A DNA stretch of 63,627 bases, counting the filler, from Octopus bimaculoides (taxonomy: Eukaryota): NCBI RefSeq assembly GCF_001194135.2. It is 7 parts of 7 records of this genome, joined end to end, with 100 filler letters (N's around TTAATTAATTAA, not from the genome) between each part and the next. Parts side by side here need not be neighbours in the genome. Positions count along the whole stretch, not along the records: positions 55,469 to 58,419 come from NC_069000.1; positions 58,520 to 60,868 come from NC_068985.1; positions 60,969 to 63,627 come from NC_068996.1; 4 more parts are not named here. The stretch is one strand, 5' to 3'. Made by a program: the position numbers and the translations under genes. The notes beneath the pieces were generated by a model. That model made no database searches. It was not told the origin of the DNA and worked only from the letters and a program-made list of their open reading frames with translations. Positions 58,162-63,627 of the stretch are shown here, one piece after another (positions within the stretch are counted from its first letter, which is position 1; each line of letters begins with the position of its first letter).

Positions 58162-59604
58162 ACACACACACATGTATATATATACATATACATATATATA
58201 CATACATGCTTACATAGATACAAACATGTATGTGTGTATGTACGCCTTTACGGCATACGTACATGTGTATGCTTATATACAAACATATACATACACATAT
58301 ATTCATAGATATACGGATATATGTATACATGCATATGCATATATGTGTGAGCGTATGTACATGTGTGTGTACGTGCGTGTGAGTGTGTGCGTGTGTGCAA
58401 GCATGTATATATGCATATANNNNNNNNNNNNNNNNNNNNNNNNNNNNNNNNNNNNNNNNNNNNTTAATTAATTAANNNNNNNNNNNNNNNNNNNNNNNNN
58501 NNNNNNNNNNNNNNNNNNNATATATATATATATATATACATATATATAATAACAATAATTCTAGGATGGAATTTATAAATATTTAATATTTAAAAGATAT
58601 ATGTATATAGATATGCATTTATGAATCTGTGTGTGTGTGTGTGTGTGTGAATACTTGTGTCTCAAATCAGTTATAAATGAGAATCACTGTCCAAAATAGA
58701 TAATTACATTTGTTGAGAAAACGGTCTAAAATGACATTATTCCTTTCCCAATCAAACTACTTTCGGCAGCAGTCCTTTCATTGTTTACTCATGCGGCAAC
58801 CATCATCAGATGATGATGGCAAGCTAACTTCTTCATGCCAACTAGCCTTCTATAATGTTAGAAATTTTTTTTTTCTATAAATATTATCAAGTATTATCAT
58901 TCATTTCCAATCTTCCATGCAAACATGCTCAGCCATGGGGAAATATTACCATGCTTGCATGGGTCAGACAGATCTCATTAACCCTCTTTCATTTAAACTG
59001 GCTGTATCCAGACCAAATATTTTACTTGTTTTCTACTGAAACCAGGCAAATTCAGCTTTCATCCTACCCTACAATGTCATTCTAAAAATACACAATCACA
59101 ACATAAAAATTTCAAAGTTACAAGATAATGCATGTGTAGCAGAAGCATGTTTACTCTTTACCTTTAGGTATCTGCATTTTGCCTTTTTACCTTTAGCTAC
59201 CCATTTTGGCTCATTGCATGATGGTCAAATCCATTTAGCTTTACGTGTGCTGTCCACTCTTTAATGTGATAAAACTAGCCAAGCATCCGTACATCAGCTA
59301 TTTAGGGGAAGCTTTTCCCCACTAATTCCAAAATGTGGTAGATCACATTGAGTGATTTGGGATCTTTGGCATGAGAGCAGTTTTATTCTGCTTTGCAGCT
59401 TCAGTGAGGAGAGAACTGCAGCAGAATTCCTTGAAGCCATGCTTTGTGTTTTTTCCAGTAGTCATCTTCATCCTCAAGAATCACTTTGAAGCTATATATT
59501 TTATTTGACAGATTTATTCATGTTATATCAGTTGCTTTATTTACTTTTAGCATTGGAATAAATATTACAGTCAACTTTAACTTGTCTTTGTTATTACTTG
59601 ATGT

Positions 59605-59985
59605 GGAGGTGCAATGGCCCAGTGGTTAGGGCAGCGGACTCGCGGTCATAGGATCGCGGTTTCGATTCCCAGACCGGGCGCTGTGAGTGTTTATTGAGCG
59701 AAAACAGCTAAAACTCCACGAGGCTCCGGCTGGGGATGGTGGCGAACCCTGCTGTACTCTTCCACCACAACTTTCTCTCACTCTTACTTCCTGTTTCTGT
59801 TGTGCCTGTAATTCAAAGGGTCAGCCTTGTCACACTGTCACGCTGAATATCCCCGAGAACTACGTTAAGGGTACACGTGTCTGTGGAGTGCTCAGCCACT
59901 TGCATGTTAATTTCACGAGCAGGCTGTTCCATTGATCGGATCAACTGGAACCCTTGACATCGTAAGCGATGGAGTGCCAACAACA
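59605..59985 (+). mobile_element. tRNA-derived SINE, full-length copy with 13-bp TSD
   Basis: A box TGGCCCAGTGG, B box GGTTTCGATTCCC. TSD TATTACTTGATGT (59592-59604) / TATTACTTAATGT (59986-59998). Confidence 0.9.
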
Positions 59986-62192
59986 TATTACTTAATGTTC
60001 ATTATCCTGACTCTTATTAATTCAGAAGATATTGTATTACCAGGGCTGTTAGCCACGTTGCATCATTTACCAACCACGCTAAAGATGATTAATTCAAAAT
60101 AATATGAATGAATAAGTATTACATTTGACAGAGTAATCTGAATCCTAAAGAGCTAAGGCAAATTTTCTACAGATTGATGCCCTTCAAATTGCCAGACCTT
60201 ACAGAGTGGAAGTGATAAAAGCATGAATGTTAGTGCTGAAGGGGAAGAAGTGATGCAAGTACTCAATATTCTGAGATAGGTGTGTATTTTGACAGCAGTA
60301 AGCAATGCTATGCAGGCCTTGCCCCGTGTTGCTCTACCAGTATAGTCTGGGCAAGGTTGATTATGGAGGACCAGCAGTCGCCCATGGATATCAGCCTCCT
60401 CTCTTCACACCACTGATGTTATCTAAGGCAAAGGCAAAGGTCGATACAGCTTGGCACCAGTGATGTCGCAGCTCATTTCTACTGCAGAGTGAACAGGAGC
60501 AATGTGAAAACAAAGTGTCTTGCTCAAGAACACAGCACACAGCTCAGTCTGGGAGTCAAACTCACTACCTCATGATTGTGAGCCCAATACTCTAACCACT
60601 GAGCCATGTACCTTAAGAATACTAATGCAAAACAAAATGATGGCGGTTTTTATGAAGTTACAAGACTATTTATAAGAAGAAAACTTATCTTTTTTTTATT
60701 CTTTTTACTTGTTTCAGTCATTTGACTGCGGCCATGCTGGAGCACCACCTTTTAGTCAAGCAAATCACCCCCAGGACTTATTCTTTGTAAGCCTAGTACT
60801 TATTCTATCAGTCTCTTTTTGCCGAACCGCCAAGCGGTGGGTACGTAAACACACCAGCATTGGATGTCNNNNNNNNNNNNNNNNNNNNNNNNNNNNNNNN
60901 NNNNNNNNNNNNTTAATTAATTAANNNNNNNNNNNNNNNNNNNNNNNNNNNNNNNNNNNNNNNNNNNNCATATGTATATCACTTAAAATACTTTTCTTAC
61001 CTTCTATAATGATAAATGCCAAAACGAATTTCTGTGTGTCAGTGTGTCACACTTTTCCCTCTCCTTGCTACTCAGTGACACTTCTTCTACTCCTCTTTCT
61101 GGGGTGAGAGTAATAGTAGGCATAGAGACGGTGAGGGTGGTAGTAGATTGACAGTTGAGATGGTAATTGGGTGATAGTAAGAGTATGAGCTGTAGTTGTG
61201 ATAGAGGTGGAGGCAACAGTGATGATGATGGTGATGGTGGTGGTGGTGGTGGTGGTGGTGGTGATAGTAAGTGATGTGAAAGACAGTGGTGATAGTGGTG
61301 GAGGGGAAGGCAGTGAAATCAAAGGTGTTGATGTTGGTGGCATCAGAAGTCTGAATGGTGTGTGTATGGCAGTTGTGATGGCGCTGGTGGTGGTACTGGT
61401 GATGGTTGAAAACAAGCAACAGAAAGAGAGAAAGAGAAAGAGGTTAGACAGAAAAAAAAATGTACTCCCTCCTTCCCCAGAAAAGGAAGACAAAAAATGT
61501 TTGATGAAAATTATTGATTGCTTGAAAAATGCTGTTCAAGATTAATAAAATGTAATATGTACTCAATGCATGAAGTGTCATTGTTGGGGCCAAGACCCAA
61601 TGAAGAGCCCGCCACAGGAGCTAGCTAAGTTAGTGTATGTGTGGGGGGTGCGTGCATGCGTGTGTGTGTGCGTGCGTGTGTGTGTGTGTGTGTGTTTGCC
61701 CCCAACAACTGGTGTTGGTTTGTATATGTCCCTGTAACTTAGCAATTCAGCAAAAAGAGACTGACAGAATAAATACTAAAAAAAGTATGGGGTTGATTTG
61801 TTTGACTGAATCTTTAATGGTTGTGCTGTGGTACCACTTCGTTGAAGGGGTAGCCACAGTCTCAGTTTAGTAGACTTAACAGTTCAGCAAAGAAGCATCA
61901 ATAAAGACACCACCGGAATGAAATGAATGCTGGGAGGTGGAGGGTGGGGAACATCAATATGAACAACTAACAATTAGACCTCAAGGCTGTTGCTACAGCA
62001 TGGCCACAATCTGATGACTAAAACCAGTAAAAAAAGATAAAAAATAAAAAAAGGTTATAAAAAAAAATTAAAGGATATTAAAATCCCAAAGAACCCTGAA
62101 AAGGATAGAAATCTGCCTTGCCCCACTATACCCCCGACTCTCCCACCTCCATCCTGTCTCTTCTGTTTCAATCTGTCTTTTTCACTCCTCCT

Positions 62193-62233
<41 letters not shown>

Positions 62234-63571
62234 TTCCCTCATTAGCCAAATGATAGCTATAAATATATTCTTATGTCTAAACATCCATATGTTTATATTC
62301 AGACTGTCGGATTATAATATTTATGTACAAATAAGATTTTGAATTTCTTCCTATAATGATATTGTATACGACATGAGATGTTTGCCTTGCCTTAATGTTT
62401 GACATTCTGTTTAACAATTATATATCCACTACATTGCAAATCTGCAATGACTCCATTACTACCATCTCGGCTATAACCTTGGAGCCTTAGTAATCCGTTA
62501 CTCAGATCACCTGTGAACTAAAGCCCCGTACTTTGTATGTATATATATATATATATATATATATNNNNNNNNNNGGGGGGGGGAGATTCTCATGCGTTAA
62601 AAAAAAATCATTTATCATGACGTTGCTTCGCTTAAACAGTTCGTTAACAAATCTTGTTATTTACTCCAACAAAAATCTCAATGTAATGTTTGTATATGTC
62701 GCTTTGCTTAATCCTGTAACAGCTATTGTCAAGCAGAGCTTTGATCAAAGACATTCTAGCTGTGACCATCCTAGCGTAATGAACCTAGAATCACTCAAAC
62801 ATAATTCTTGTTCTTTCTTTTGTTTGTGCCCCCCACCCCACCCGCAAAACAATATAAAGTGATTTGTCCAAAATTAACAGCAGACTGAGCGACATGTAAA
62901 CAGTCCCTCTTTGACTCACATCTACATGTCAACTCTACAGGCTAGAAATAGCAGCTATATCTCTCTCACATATCATACGCTACTGTCTTTAAAATAGAAA
63001 GAACTCGTTGAGTGATATATTCCTAGATAAACAAGTACAAAAAAGATGCGGCTGCCATGACCGCAACATGTTTCATCATAGTTCTATTTGATCAAGGCCG
63101 ACCTGTGGCTAAATTACAGCCATAATTTATTCCATGTCCACACAACTTAAACCTCTTGAACCATAACCTTCATAACCGACATTTTTTGTTCAATGGATCA
63201 TATTTAACACACGGGCTTACACAGACATTCACTACCATGATCAAACCACTGAACTTGTACATATTCACACACACATACATACACACACACACACGTGGGG
63301 GTACAGCAAAGTTCCTGGCTTTGAATAGAAGAAAATACACCCCGGCAAGACTTCTACTCATCTCCCCACCAAAAAAGCACCCTTTTTTTTTCCAACCCAC
63401 TAGCCCCATTTTGGGCTATGGGGAATATGAATCTGCAAAAAAATTGGCAAAAGTCTGAAAAAAATTTCCAAAAATTTTTGTAAAATTTTTTTTAATAATT
63501 TTTTTTTTTTTCAAAATATGCGGGAAAATACGGACATTATGATTCTGACAAAAATTTCAAAACATTTCTGT

Positions 63572-63625
63572 GGTTACGGTTAGGGTTTTAGGGTTAGGAT
63601 TTTAGAGTTAGGGTTAGGGTTAGTG
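63572..63625 (+). repeat. Short telomere-like (TTAGGG)n array
   Basis: Four exact TTAGGG (63580, 63588, 63608, 63614) plus the variants TTACGG, TTAGGA, TTAGAG and TTAGTG. Confidence 0.85.
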
Positions 63626-63627
63626 CT

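Noticed and set aside
59605-59680. tRNA gene
   Set aside because: It has A/B boxes but no full cloverleaf and continues into a SINE body.

Overview
AT-rich, microsatellite- and SINE-saturated eukaryotic scaffold with many N gaps. The repeat landscape and assembly style suggest an octopus genome, but that is inference. Host genes: (1) nine consecutive, in-phase coding exons of COP9 signalosome subunit 2 (COPS2/CSN2) on the minus strand, 33937 to 17774, 963 nt = 321 codons, all with AG/GT boundaries. The first and last coding exons were not found and may lie in gaps or outside the window. (2) One isolated C-terminal exon of an axonemal dynein heavy chain (DNAH6-like), minus strand, 1821-1516. 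The rest is mobile DNA: a decayed Helitron-type PIF1 helicase, a 2.4-kb CR1/L2-type LINE inside a COPS2 intron, RTE fragments, several R4/Dong-like restriction-endonuclease LINE pieces beside TAA repeats, Tc1 and mariner relics and MITEs, a hAT-type MITE with an 8-bp TSD, and at least five SINE-like families. I found no convincing new multi-gene system. The best leads are the orphan or nested dynein exon, a triplicated CRE-N12-CCAAT module, degenerate hammerhead-like cores, a 60-nt hairpin and TTAGGG repeats at the window end. Protein comparisons are from memory of family consensus, not from database searches. SINE and LINE boundaries are approximate.
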